A stretch of DNA of 64,000 nucleotides from Acinetobacter phage vB_AbaSt_W16, in sequence record PP174317.1. The stretch is one strand, 5' to 3'. Positions 8,637 through 17,172 of this stretch are shown here, piece by piece; the first letter of the stretch is position 1; every line of letters begins with the position of its first letter. Under the pieces are notes generated by a model. That model was not told where the DNA came from. It saw only the letters and a list, made by a program, of their open reading frames with translations, and did no database searches. The position numbers and the translations under genes are program-made.

Positions 8637-9175
8637 TATAATTTCTCCAAATATTGCGTAAGAGTTTTAATTAGAAATTCTACATATTCCCAACGTTTAG
8701 GATTAATCCACAATGTTCCCGTTGCAGCATCAGCATCATAACAAGTTTCACCTTCAACAGGATATGATCGATTATATTCGATATTTTGTTCTACGGACCA
8801 ATCTTTTGCAATTTTGGCCCGCATATCATATGAAAGCTCAATTAAAGAGGCATAAAAACAAATACCTTCCATTAAGTCAAGTTCAGTTCCATCACTTAAT
8901 GCAAAATAGCCTGATTGATATCTTTCCCAATTTTTATGATTGAGTTCAATGTAATGAATGATATTTTGCTTATTTTCTAAAAGCATATTAAGGCGTTTAA
9001 TACACTCTTCTAATTGACTTTTTAAAGTAATATTCAAGGCAACAACAAGCTCTAAACCTTTAAACTCGCCTGTTAAAGGTACAACAACTGTATCACTAAC
9101 CCACTTGACTTCTTCAACATCCAAGTGAACATATACTTTTTCAGTTAAACCTAGTTTAGCTTTTGCTTTGTTCAT
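8636..9175 (-). CDS. Hypothetical protein, member 1 of the YPxGG...WLNxxRW paralog family
   Basis: C-terminus YPVEGETCYDADAATGTLWINPKRWEYVEF. Confidence 0.6.
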   Translation of the reverse strand: MNKAKAKLGLTEKVYVHLDVEEVKWVSDTVVVPLTGEFKGLELVVALNITLKSQLEECIKRLNMLLENKQNIIHYIELNHKNWERYQSGYFALSDGTELDLMEGICFYASLIELSYDMRAKIAKDWSVEQNIEYNRSYPVEGETCYDADAATGTLWINPKRWEYVEFLIKTLTQYLEKL

Positions 9176-9176
9176 T

Positions 9177-9776
9177 TTAATCTTCCAATTTTTTAAGTAA
9201 GTTGGTGACGTATTCTAAACAGAATTCCACGTATAGCCAACGGTCTTGATTTAACCATAAAGTGCGAGTTTCACATTCTATTTCAAATTGCCATTGGCCA
9301 CCTGGAATTGGGTAAGACTCTTCAAATTCAATAGTTGTTTTCCGTTCAAATTCAAGATTTGAAACAAAATCTGCCGCCATTTTACTACGTAAATTTTTAC
9401 GTACACCATATAAGTCTACATTATCACAAAGACCTTCATCAAGACTAAATCGATACCATGCGTACGCATCAGGCTTTTCGTGAGGGCCTGCAGGCATTTG
9501 GATATCGGTCCATTGCGCAAGTTCTTCATCGGATGATTCATATGCATCTAATCCACTATCACGCCATGCAATAGCTTTTTCTTCAATTAAAGCCCGATTT
9601 TCTAAGACCCACTTTAGTTTGAAAATGATATTTTCAAGGTTTTCTTTATACGTAATATGACCATACGGAAGATAATCAATTTCGTCACTTGTAAACGATG
9701 TTGTGTCTTTAGGGTCACTTAAATATACGTCAATAATTTTAGTTTTGTAATAAACTTTGAAAGTTTTCTGTTTCAT
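9177..9776 (-). CDS. Hypothetical protein, member 2 of the YPxGG...WLNxxRW paralog family
   Basis: C-terminus YPIPGGQWQFEIECETRTLWLNQDRWLYVEF. Confidence 0.6.
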   Translation of the reverse strand: MKQKTFKVYYKTKIIDVYLSDPKDTTSFTSDEIDYLPYGHITYKENLENIIFKLKWVLENRALIEEKAIAWRDSGLDAYESSDEELAQWTDIQMPAGPHEKPDAYAWYRFSLDEGLCDNVDLYGVRKNLRSKMAADFVSNLEFERKTTIEFEESYPIPGGQWQFEIECETRTLWLNQDRWLYVEFCLEYVTNLLKKLED

Positions 9777-9818
9777 AACAATTCACTCACTATGGCTGAT
9801 GCTTATTATAATACGAAA

Positions 9819-9851
9819 AAAGGGAACCCATGTAAATAGGTTCCCTAAAAA
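9819..9851. terminator. Hairpin GGGAACCC-atgtaaatag-GGTTCCC
   Basis: Intergenic hairpin with an ATGTAAA-type loop, flanked by A/T runs. Confidence 0.5.
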
Positions 9852-9855
9852 TATT

Positions 9856-10378
9856 TTAATAAAATGGTGAATATTCGCCCGTATTTAAAAATAAACGAAG
9901 TTTCTTTAATACTTCAACTTCGCCTAATCGTGATCCCAGGTTGAAAATTGGAATATCATAATCAAATGCGATTCTTAAAGCCATTGCTGTACCACCGGTT
10001 AACTTTCCATCTGGTGTCCAACATACTACAAAATCTACTGGTGTTTTTAGATCATCGCCTAAAACAATTTGAGCATTCCGACCATGCATTTTACGAGCAG
10101 AGAAACTACATGCTTTCCAATTAGGATGATATTTTGCAGCAAAATCAATATGTCTTTGATACAATTCTGGTGTATCTGAATAAAATCCGTTATATCCTTG
10201 CCATGGTAACCATAAAACAGTAGATGACGGTGCACCGTCAAAGAAAGCTTTATCTGCGCCAATTGCACCGCCTGTATGACAAATGTGCCCCGCGGAATCA
10301 AGTTCTTTTGAAATTTGTCGCATGATTGCAAGAATATTCATTGGTGTTCGGCGACTGCCGATGCCAGCATAATTCATA
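9856..10378 (-). CDS. DprA/Smf-like SLOG-fold Rossmann protein
   Basis: YAGIGSRRTP, GGAIGADKAF and TGGTAMALRIA match DprA/LOG-type SLOG motifs. Start set at MNYAG (GGAG RBS); the longer ORF overlaps the upstream gene. Confidence 0.6.
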
Positions 10379-10622
10379 CGATCTCCACATAAGTACACTT
10401 GTATTTTCGAGACCATAATCGCATCATTTGTGAAAGGTCTCTTGCACTCCATTTTCTCCAACTTGATGGCGAATTTAGTACAAAGTACATTTGGCCATTT
10501 TTATAATTTGAATATGAAGGATCACTTTTATGTAATTGAATTAATAAAACAGCAGAACCATCTGCATTAAGTTTAATACATTTACGATTCTTTTTACTTA
10601 ACATTGATGTAACACATTTCAT
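10374..10622 (-). CDS. Hypothetical protein (82 aa)
   Basis: GGAGAAG RBS before the ATG at 10622; the 6-frame track start is a TTG extension. Confidence 0.5.
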   Translation of the reverse strand: MKCVTSMLSKKNRKCIKLNADGSAVLLIQLHKSDPSYSNYKNGQMYFVLNSPSSWRKWSARDLSQMMRLWSRKYKCTYVEIV

Positions 10623-10640
10623 AAACTTCTCCAAAAATTA

Positions 10641-10664
10641 AAGGGACCAATTAGGTCCCTTTTC
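10641..10664. terminator. Hairpin GGGACC-aatta-GGTCCC
   Basis: Stem-loop immediately after the stop of 10665-11171, followed by a T-rich stretch on the minus strand. Confidence 0.6.
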
Positions 10665-11171
10665 TTATAATACATCAGAAAGATATTGATATGGACCTAA
10701 AACAATTTTATCGCATTGTGTATCAAACTCACATGTATCAATAAAGTCGTCCCATTTTTCATCCATTAATTTAATAAAACCTTCTGGACTTCCGCGTCGT
10801 TTATAACGCTCAATGTATTCGCCTTTTAAAGATCGATCTGGATAAACAAGAACATATGGAATACCGACTTTTTGCATTTCCTCTCGGACTTCTGCATGGC
10901 TGGATACCATCACCAAATAATTATCGCCCGCGTGTCGATGAATAATTTCTCGCATGTGTTGGATATAATTGCCTGGAAATTCTGCTTTGTCAAAAGTTGA
11001 ACTATCCGAGTCATATACAAATGCATCGCCTGGGCCTGGGACCATACGGAAAATTGCTGTCCCATTTGCACGAACTGGATATAATCCATTCTTTGGTGCA
11101 TTACCATAAATTGATGATTTACCTGTACCTGGAAAGGCGCTAATAAATCCAATAGTTTCAATACGTTTCAT
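10665..11171 (-). CDS. P-loop NTPase / small kinase-like protein
   Basis: Walker A FISAFPGTGKSS near the N-terminus; about 168 aa; GGGGA RBS before MKRIETIG. Confidence 0.6.
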   Translation of the reverse strand: MKRIETIGFISAFPGTGKSSIYGNAPKNGLYPVRANGTAIFRMVPGPGDAFVYDSDSSTFDKAEFPGNYIQHMREIIHRHAGDNYLVMVSSHAEVREEMQKVGIPYVLVYPDRSLKGEYIERYKRRGSPEGFIKLMDEKWDDFIDTCEFDTQCDKIVLGPYQYLSDVL

Positions 11172-11172
11172 A

Positions 11173-11280
11173 TTATCCCCAAATCCAATAGCCGATACCA
11201 AGTCCAATTAAACCGAATGTCGAACATCCTGCAATAAATACCGCCAAACAAGCTGACGCAACACCGTCAATATTAAACAT
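11173..11280 (-). CDS. Possible micro-ORF encoding a 35-aa hydrophobic peptide (MFNIDGVASACLAVFIAGCSTFGLIGLGIGYWIWG)
   Basis: Start overlaps the upstream stop (TAATG) and its stop overlaps the downstream start (TAATATG), typical T4 translational coupling. Below the ORF-track length cutoff. Confidence 0.35.
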   Translation of the reverse strand: MFNIDGVASACLAVFIAGCSTFGLIGLGIGYWIWG

Positions 11281-11468
11281 TATGATGATCCTTTACGATT
11301 AATACCATATGATCGCAAAACTTTACTCGGGGTGACTTTCCATTCACGGGTTATACGCCACCCAAGACAAATATAAAGTTTCATAAATTTTCGAAGGACT
11401 AATGTTTTAACAATTAAATCACCTTCGGTTTTTGCCATTTCAACATATTCATTATCTTGCATAAGCAC
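11280..11468 (-). CDS. Hypothetical protein (62 aa)
   Basis: ORF. Confidence 0.45.
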   Translation of the reverse strand: MLMQDNEYVEMAKTEGDLIVKTLVLRKFMKLYICLGWRITREWKVTPSKVLRSYGINRKGSS

Positions 11469-11492
11469 CTCAAAAAGGGCCCGAAGGCCCTT
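11469..11492. terminator. Hairpin GGGCCC-gaag-GGCCC
   Basis: aaaaGGGCCCgaagGGCCCtta; GAAG-loop hairpins of this type recur at 13917, 29764 and 40018. Confidence 0.6.
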
Positions 11493-11602
11493 ATATCATT
11501 TTCCAAGTAAGCGCTTAGTGCGAGCAAAGCCTAATTCAAGAGACAACTTCATGGTTGCTTTTGGATCACGAATTTTACCGCGTTTAGAAGTATTAAATTC
11601 AG

Positions 11603-11866
11603 TTACTTGTACAGTTTCTTTCTTAGCCATGATTTCATGTCCTTTAAAATAGATTTAAGAGTAATTTCTCGAGATTCTAATATTTTATCAGAATAACGAA
11701 TAAAGATTTGTGTTAAAGATTCATTATCTTTAACGTCTAGGGAGAAACCCGCCTCCCAACCTGCGGGATAACTTACATCAAAAATATCATAAGAATTTTG
11801 AAGTAAATCATCAATTGCGTCATCAGTCAATGTTATTGTCTGATTTGAATTTTTCGAGTTCCGCAT
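11603..11866 (-). CDS. Hypothetical protein (87 aa, start at MRNSKNS)
   Basis: AAGGAAAAAG RBS before the ATG at 11866; the TTG-extended start in the track is unlikely. Confidence 0.5.
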   Translation of the reverse strand: MRNSKNSNQTITLTDDAIDDLLQNSYDIFDVSYPAGWEAGFSLDVKDNESLTQIFIRYSDKILESREITLKSILKDMKSWLRKKLYK

Positions 11867-11974
11867 CTGCTTTTTCCTTAGCTCGCTGACTGTGCTCTTC
11901 AGCAAGTAGGATGCCTAACGCAATCGGTAATCCTATTATGCCACAAAGAAATCCAAAAGCGAGAATAGTGCCTA

Positions 11975-12283
11975 TCACAATTCAATTCCAAAAAGACCGC
12001 CACAACGATTATCGGAATTGAATTCTTCCAATTCGAAATACATATTTTCCCATGTAGGAATTTCCATTTGTAAATCGGCGACTTCAACCCATTCGCCTAC
12101 TGTATCCCATGCATCTCCATTTGGAAATACTGCATCACCTTTTGATGCAAATGCATGAATTTTACCATCTTTGTCAATTGCAACAGCAACTGTTTCTTCA
12201 GGCACATACAGCGTTTCAACCTCAAAAGGTTTAATGTAATGCATGTTTAACAAAATATGCGCAGGTTGAAAAGTTTTTAACAT
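11975..12283 (-). CDS. Hypothetical protein (102 aa); paralog of 32420-32746
   Basis: Shares AIDKDG[KS]I..FAS/FSS and a W..W..E.Y pattern with 32420-32746. Confidence 0.55.
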   Translation of the reverse strand: MLKTFQPAHILLNMHYIKPFEVETLYVPEETVAVAIDKDGKIHAFASKGDAVFPNGDAWDTVGEWVEVADLQMEIPTWENMYFELEEFNSDNRCGGLFGIEL

Positions 12284-12300
12284 GATAATTTACTCACATT

Positions 12301-12371
12301 ATGTTGATTTGATAAGATCATTTATACACTTTGTGTTAATTATATAATCATTAACACAAAGTGTAAATTAT
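12301..12371. promoter_or_regulatory. Upstream regulatory block: TTGATTTGATAAGATCATTTATAC motif plus a perfect 16-bp inverted repeat (TACACTTTGTGTTAAT-N11-ATTAACACAAAGTGTA)
   Basis: The motif is duplicated at 12757-12777 upstream of the neighbouring gene; its minus-strand reading contains TATAAATG, close to the T4 late consensus TATAAATA. Confidence 0.4.
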
Positions 12372-12384
12372 TTTAAAGACTTTT

Positions 12385-12741
12385 CTAAATGTCTTTCGAT
12401 TGCAACGTATCTGTCCAATCTAATGTATCAAAGTCCACGTTTACAAAAGTGAAAACACTATTTGACAGATCTAAATACTTGTCCACATCAGAGTCTGACC
12501 AAATACCTTCCGACAATATTGCCGAAGGCTCATTTTCATAGGCTCGCCATCCTCCCAATTGATCCATCGCTACAAAGTGATAATTTTCTGGAATTTTAGT
12601 CCAGTCAATCAAAATTTTAGAATTGTCCAATTTACATATAAAATTATTGACAATAAGTTCAACTTCTTTACCGTGAAAATTATTAAACTCACTTAATGTT
12701 TCTTCAAGTGATACTTTGATTTGTGCGATTGAAAATTTCAT
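12385..12741 (-). CDS. Hypothetical protein (118 aa)
   Basis: ORF with AAAAGG RBS; preceded by the duplicated motif. Confidence 0.55.
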   Translation of the reverse strand: MKFSIAQIKVSLEETLSEFNNFHGKEVELIVNNFICKLDNSKILIDWTKIPENYHFVAMDQLGGWRAYENEPSAILSEGIWSDSDVDKYLDLSNSVFTFVNVDFDTLDWTDTLQSKDI

Positions 12742-12811
12742 AACCTTTTACTCATCGTTGATTTGATAAGATCATTATATAATAGTTAAATTATAAAGTA
12801 CACACTTATTT

Positions 12812-13156
12812 TTAACTATTTTCCATTGCAATAATGGCGTTTACCCATTTTTTACACATTAAAGAATGACTTAATTTAGATAATTTTGTTTCTCTCCATC
12901 CGTCTCGTATATGTTTACGAGCATCACTTTTACGTACAACTCGTTCCATATAATTAAAACCTAAACCTTTACAAAGCTCAACATATTCATGTTTAGGTTC
13001 CCAATGTTTAGGTAAAAGAGTTGGATACACTTCAATATTATCCAAATACATCTTAACAAAGGCAGTATGATCCGCATCTTTAACTTCATCTACGGACAAA
13101 ATCATTTTATTAATGTCTTCACCAAGTAATTCTGCGAGTGATTTAATCTTGCTCAT
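12812..13156 (-). CDS. Hypothetical protein (114 aa); paralog of 13582-13857
   Basis: Shares EYVELC and HI[RE][DA]GWR.T.LSK[LV]S.SL with 13582-13857. Confidence 0.55.
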   Translation of the reverse strand: MSKIKSLAELLGEDINKMILSVDEVKDADHTAFVKMYLDNIEVYPTLLPKHWEPKHEYVELCKGLGFNYMERVVRKSDARKHIRDGWRETKLSKLSHSLMCKKWVNAIIAMENS

Positions 13157-13580
13157 CTTTAACCCTTAGTATATCAAAATCAACTTGAACCTCGTATACA
13201 CCATTAGAATATTCATTGAGATATATGCAGTGATCTGCAGCATCTTGAATATTATCAAATGTTTTAACATGATTATATTCGCCATAATCAAATTCAACAA
13301 CATTATATTTAAAATTATGTGCGATTTTATGAACAATTTCTTCTTCTTTGTATTCAACAAATAATTTAATGTCATCGCATGTTAATTTTAAATGTGAATT
13401 TAAATGTGCAACTTCACGTTGACGCCAAATAGGCTCATTTGTTAATGAATACACAAATCCATCATCACTAATTCTTACAAAGGAAGTTTGGCATAAAGGA
13501 TGCGTTGCATGTAAAGGTTTTGTCGAATTACCCAATACTTTGCCTAAAATGTTACCTTTAATAACTTTATAAACTTTCAT
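13143..13580 (-). CDS. Hypothetical protein (145 aa)
   Basis: ORF. Confidence 0.55.
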   Translation of the reverse strand: MKVYKVIKGNILGKVLGNSTKPLHATHPLCQTSFVRISDDGFVYSLTNEPIWRQREVAHLNSHLKLTCDDIKLFVEYKEEEIVHKIAHNFKYNVVEFDYGEYNHVKTFDNIQDAADHCIYLNEYSNGVYEVQVDFDILRVKDEQD

Positions 13581-13581
13581 A

Positions 13582-13857
13582 TTATTGTTGCTCCATCATA
13601 TCAATTTCTGTGCGCCATTTCTTAATAACTAAAGATGGACTAACTTTTGAAAGGCTAGTAATGCGCCAGCCAGCTTCTATATGTTGTTTAACTTCAGACT
13701 TTAACACAATCTTTTCAATATAAGTATGATTTTCGCCACAATAAAGTTCAACATATTCCTTTTTAGGGCGGTTCTCAAGACTTTTAAGAAGACGCTTTGC
13801 AAAAGCACTTTCAGGTTTAGCTTTAAGTTCATTAACAAGATATGCAACTTTACTCAT
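13582..13857 (-). CDS. Hypothetical protein (91 aa); paralog of 12812-13156
   Basis: See 12812-13156. Confidence 0.55.
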   Translation of the reverse strand: MSKVAYLVNELKAKPESAFAKRLLKSLENRPKKEYVELYCGENHTYIEKIVLKSEVKQHIEAGWRITSLSKVSPSLVIKKWRTEIDMMEQQ

Positions 13858-13916
13858 AACAATATACTCATCAGATTATGCAAGTATTATATAATGAATT
13901 TTTTTAAATGTACACT

Positions 13917-13941
13917 AAAAAAGGCCCGAAGGCCTTAATTT
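13917..13941. terminator. Hairpin GGCCC-gaag-GGCC
   Basis: aaaaaGGCCCgaagGGCCttaattt. Confidence 0.55.
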
Positions 13942-14263
13942 ATTTCAAAAATGTATTGAATCGTTTGATGTGATCTTCTGCCTCATCAATTGTATCAAAT
14001 GGTTCATAATTAAGAGTATGATCATCAAAACGAATTCCATCGCTAGTTGTAGTACATCCGACAATCATATAATACCAATCATCAAGATGTGATACTGAAT
14101 AAATCACATAGCTGTTAATTACAGGTTTACCGTCACGAGCGTCTGCCGTAATTTTAGTAATATGATTTTCAGCAATATGACGAAGGGCAATAAGAGGGAA
14201 ATGTTGTTTTAAAGCAGTAAGCAATTCTTGGTTTGTTGGAACATTGATAGTTAATGATTTCAT
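13940..14263 (-). CDS. Hypothetical protein (107 aa, start MKSLTINV)
   Basis: GAGGAAAA RBS before the internal ATG; the longer track ORF begins inside the promoter region. Confidence 0.5.
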   Translation of the reverse strand: MKSLTINVPTNQELLTALKQHFPLIALRHIAENHITKITADARDGKPVINSYVIYSVSHLDDWYYMIVGCTTTSDGIRFDDHTLNYEPFDTIDEAEDHIKRFNTFLK

Positions 14264-14297
14264 AATATTTTCCTCAAGTGTATCAGTGTATCTGATG

Positions 14298-14335
14298 TAA
14301 TCATTATAAACCAGGTTAAAAATAAAGTAAACTGT
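14298..14335 (-). promoter_or_regulatory. T4 early-type promoter GTTTAC-N18-TATAAT
   Basis: Minus strand reads cagTTTACtttatttttaacctggtTTATAATgatt, between the gene-56 terminator and the next gene. Confidence 0.5.
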
Positions 14336-14338
14336 TAA

Positions 14339-14366
14339 ATGAAAAAAGGCGCTCATTGAGCGCCTT
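14339..14366. terminator. Hairpin GGCGCTCA-ttga-GCGCC followed by a T-run
   Basis: aaaaaGGCGCTCattGAGCGCCtttattttt. Confidence 0.6.
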
Positions 14367-14371
14367 TATTT

Positions 14372-14896
14372 TTAGTAACCCCGGTCTTGACGAGCAAAGT
14401 TTTCAGCATTTTTAATGAAGTAGCCTTCAAAAATATCTTCAGAAGTAAGACCTAACGCAATGTTCATGTTCAAGAAGAAATGCCATAAGTCTATAATTTC
14501 AAAGAAGATTTCACGACGATCATCAGCAGAAAGATCTTCAAGTTTTGTATTACGCATATCTAAGTTTTTGGCACGCCATGCTTTCCATACAGAAGTCGCT
14601 GCGGATTCGCCATTAGACATACCACCAAACGATGTAAGCAATTCACGGAATTCGTCACTCATTGAGTCCCATTGTGTACGCATCCAATCAACGGCTTGAC
14701 CTGCAGTTTCGATTTCATTTGGATTTAAGTTCATTTCAGGTTTTTCTTTTGCAAGTTTAACTTGTAATGAACGTTGCATTTGCATCATAATATCAAGATA
14801 TTGTTCGCCATTAGAACGGATGCCTTCAGCTGCATTACGCGCTTGTTGAGTTGCTTCGTCTGTAACTAATTGTGCGCAAGCGTTAAATTGTGCCAT
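14372..14896 (-). CDS. 56: dCTP pyrophosphatase (dCTPase/dUTPase-like, gp56)
   Basis: Collinear with T4 gp56: MAQFNACAQL..., ETAGQAVDWMRTQWDSMSDEFRELLTS, C-terminal KNAENFARQDRGY is identical to T4. Confidence 0.9.
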   Translation of the reverse strand: MAQFNACAQLVTDEATQQARNAAEGIRSNGEQYLDIMMQMQRSLQVKLAKEKPEMNLNPNEIETAGQAVDWMRTQWDSMSDEFRELLTSFGGMSNGESAATSVWKAWRAKNLDMRNTKLEDLSADDRREIFFEIIDLWHFFLNMNIALGLTSEDIFEGYFIKNAENFARQDRGY

Positions 14897-14949
14897 GTGT
14901 ATTTCTCCAAGATAATTTGGGTTGTTTATTTGATAAAGTTATAATAACA

Positions 14950-15264
14950 TTAAATTTTGAAAAGCGGTTTAAATACAATATTTCTATTTTTTAAACCATC
15001 TTCAGACACTGATTGTATTTCGAGGGGATCGCCATTTAAAATACGGCTAAGAATTTTAGTTTCTTCCGACCAGGACTCCGATTGAACTGGTAAAAATTCT
15101 AAGGCCCAATCAATCCAATTTCGCACATGTTTGGCATCAATGGACCATTCTAATATAGCATTATGGACAGTATTGCAAACTTGACGTTTTGATTCCGTCG
15201 AGTTATACATTAAATGTTTGCTATATTCAATTTCACTGGCTATAATTTGAATACGAATTGTCAT
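14950..15264 (-). CDS. Hypothetical protein (104 aa)
   Basis: ORF. Confidence 0.5.
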   Translation of the reverse strand: MTIRIQIIASEIEYSKHLMYNSTESKRQVCNTVHNAILEWSIDAKHVRNWIDWALEFLPVQSESWSEETKILSRILNGDPLEIQSVSEDGLKNRNIVFKPLFKI

Positions 15265-15470
15265 TTGTTGGCCTCAAACGGTATAAGTTCTATGCCTTCT
15301 CTTTTATACATCCGTAATGCATGGCGTAACCCTCTTGCATTACAAAGACCTGGATATATTGTGAATCCAAATATAGGAGATTGCTTATCCATCCGCATTT
15401 TCACATCTACTGTACCGTCTTCATTAAGTCTGACTAACTTTGCATCTTTTCTTGAAAGCATTGAAATCAT
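15261..15470 (-). CDS. Hypothetical protein (69 aa)
   Basis: ORF, coupled. Confidence 0.45.
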   Translation of the reverse strand: MISMLSRKDAKLVRLNEDGTVDVKMRMDKQSPIFGFTIYPGLCNARGLRHALRMYKREGIELIPFEANK

Positions 15471-15478
15471 TTTATTAC

Positions 15479-15808
15479 CTATTTTAATGGATGCATTGTA
15501 ACAGTAGCATGAGTTTCTGACGCATTGGTAAACACATATTTGGCTTCAGCTTCTAAGAATACATATGTATTCTTATCCGTTTCTACTGTTAATTTAGAAA
15601 TATTTTCATAGTCTAATGATATTAATTTATCTTGATGATCGGGCAAGTTAAGAAGATTTACAGTAAATTTCATCTCATCAAATCCATGAAATTCACCATA
15701 ATCACTCACATTAGTTGTGATATTTTTAATTGAGATTTCAGCTGGTTCAAATTTAACTGAGCCTTCATCACCCATATATCCAAATTCAATTTCAATTTGC
15801 ATCTTCAT
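15479..15808 (-). CDS. Hypothetical protein (109 aa)
   Basis: ORF. Confidence 0.5.
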   Translation of the reverse strand: MKMQIEIEFGYMGDEGSVKFEPAEISIKNITTNVSDYGEFHGFDEMKFTVNLLNLPDHQDKLISLDYENISKLTVETDKNTYVFLEAEAKYVFTNASETHATVTMHPLK

Positions 15809-16415
15809 TTACCATTTCATCAACAATTTCTGCAACGTGTTCACTCCACCAACGAGCAGTTTGTGGACGCTCTAATTTATCTGCAAATCGACGTAACTCA
15901 TCTGGTGTATATTCAATAAGAGGAATCCACTTATTATGCAAATGCTGACGTTTTTCTCTTTCAATCGTCTCTTTGTTTTTATTAACAAAAAGCGCTTTCA
16001 TTTGACCTTCGTCTTGATTAACAAATAAATCAAAAGGGATATTATTAAAACTGAAACGTTCAGTTTCATCACCTGAATAATCATCTTCATCTGGATCTTC
16101 AGTGCAGACGATATTTACCATAGGTTCACGTTTTTCAATCCAATTGAATCCTGTTGATTTCGCAATATTTTCAGGTGTATGTGGGGCCGAAGGGTCATAA
16201 TCTGGATTTGGTGGATATGTAACAACTTCATGATAATATGCTTCAATACTATATCCAGGATATCGAGACGTCATCCAAGACGGTAAAAGGGCTGTACAAA
16301 ATTTACCGTCTGTGTGCAACTGTAATAAATTAACAGCTTTAGCTACAAAGTGTTCAGCCGTTGAGCGAATATTTTGCTCTGCTTCATCTCTTAGTTTAAA
16401 GATATTTTTGTTCAT
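15792..16415 (-). CDS. Hypothetical protein (207 aa)
   Basis: ORF. Confidence 0.55.
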   Translation of the reverse strand: MNKNIFKLRDEAEQNIRSTAEHFVAKAVNLLQLHTDGKFCTALLPSWMTSRYPGYSIEAYYHEVVTYPPNPDYDPSAPHTPENIAKSTGFNWIEKREPMVNIVCTEDPDEDDYSGDETERFSFNNIPFDLFVNQDEGQMKALFVNKNKETIEREKRQHLHNKWIPLIEYTPDELRRFADKLERPQTARWWSEHVAEIVDEMVNEDAN

Positions 16416-16728
16416 ATTTCACCGCCCAATGAATTAATAAGATAAACAAATGCTTGAGATATTAAAGATAATGCAATTGCGGCAAATATACTATAATCTT
16501 TAAAAATTGCAACAGACGTAATTGTACAAATCGCTGTACATGTTATCCATACTAATGGTTTAACTTTATCCCAATGATTCATCCAAGACCATGTAGAAAT
16601 ACCCAAAATTACATAATATAAAATAAGCTCAAATACATTTGTATCAATTGCAAGGGATGTAAAAAAGAATGCGGACATTAAAGCCGAAAGTCCGCATACT
16701 TTATATAAAACTGTATTACCAACCATAT
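16412..16728 (-). CDS. Integral membrane protein (about 105 aa, 3 predicted TM helices)
   Basis: Hydrophobic throughout. Start set at ATGGTTGG overlapping the upstream TAA stop. Confidence 0.5.
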
Positions 16729-17171
16729 GGATGCTCACCATGACGTAAGTTATAATAAGGGACATGTAAAATATTTTCAATAAAATCTTCTTTAATTAGT
16801 CGAAGTTTTATATCAGTAATACTTTTACCTAATGCATGCGCCCGATCATTTAAAGAAATTGCTTGTTGAATTGCTTTACCAACTGCGCGTTGTTTTTGCG
16901 CTAAGTTATAATCAATTTTTTCCAAAGATTCAATGCGAATTTGTGCTCTATCGACAATGTGACTTTGTGTACGCGCAAGATGCGTATAATTTTCTTCCAA
17001 AGCCCGTGTAATTTTATATTCAGCGTCTGTAATAAGCACATATTGCGCTCGAATATGTGCTTTTATACGTTCGCGGTCAAGTCGAATAGATTTACCTTGT
17101 TCACGAAGTTTTCGGATAAATTTAAAAATACCTAAACGCATATTATTTTCCTCTGTGATCACTATTTTCAT
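16716..17171 (-). CDS. Hypothetical protein (about 151 aa); paralog of 8229-8636
   Basis: See 8229-8636. Confidence 0.5.
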   Translation of the reverse strand: MKIVITEENNMRLGIFKFIRKLREQGKSIRLDRERIKAHIRAQYVLITDAEYKITRALEENYTHLARTQSHIVDRAQIRIESLEKIDYNLAQKQRAVGKAIQQAISLNDRAHALGKSITDIKLRLIKEDFIENILHVPYYNLRHGEHPYGW

Positions 17172-17172
17172 A

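Noticed and set aside
10910-11161. Nested minus-strand ORFs in alternative frames (10910-11161, 1272-1556, 10059-10331, 19039-19284, 19634-19834, 21590-21853, 32443-32670, 51721-51918)
   Set aside because: They are internal to longer ORFs with recognisable motifs, and are out-of-frame artefacts.
11899-12087. 62-aa ORF overlapping the start of the 102-aa paralog gene
   Set aside because: It overlaps 11975-12283, which has a paralog elsewhere (32420-32746). The overlapping frame is likely spurious, although a short GTG-initiated hydrophobic peptide in the 11870-11975 gap cannot be excluded.
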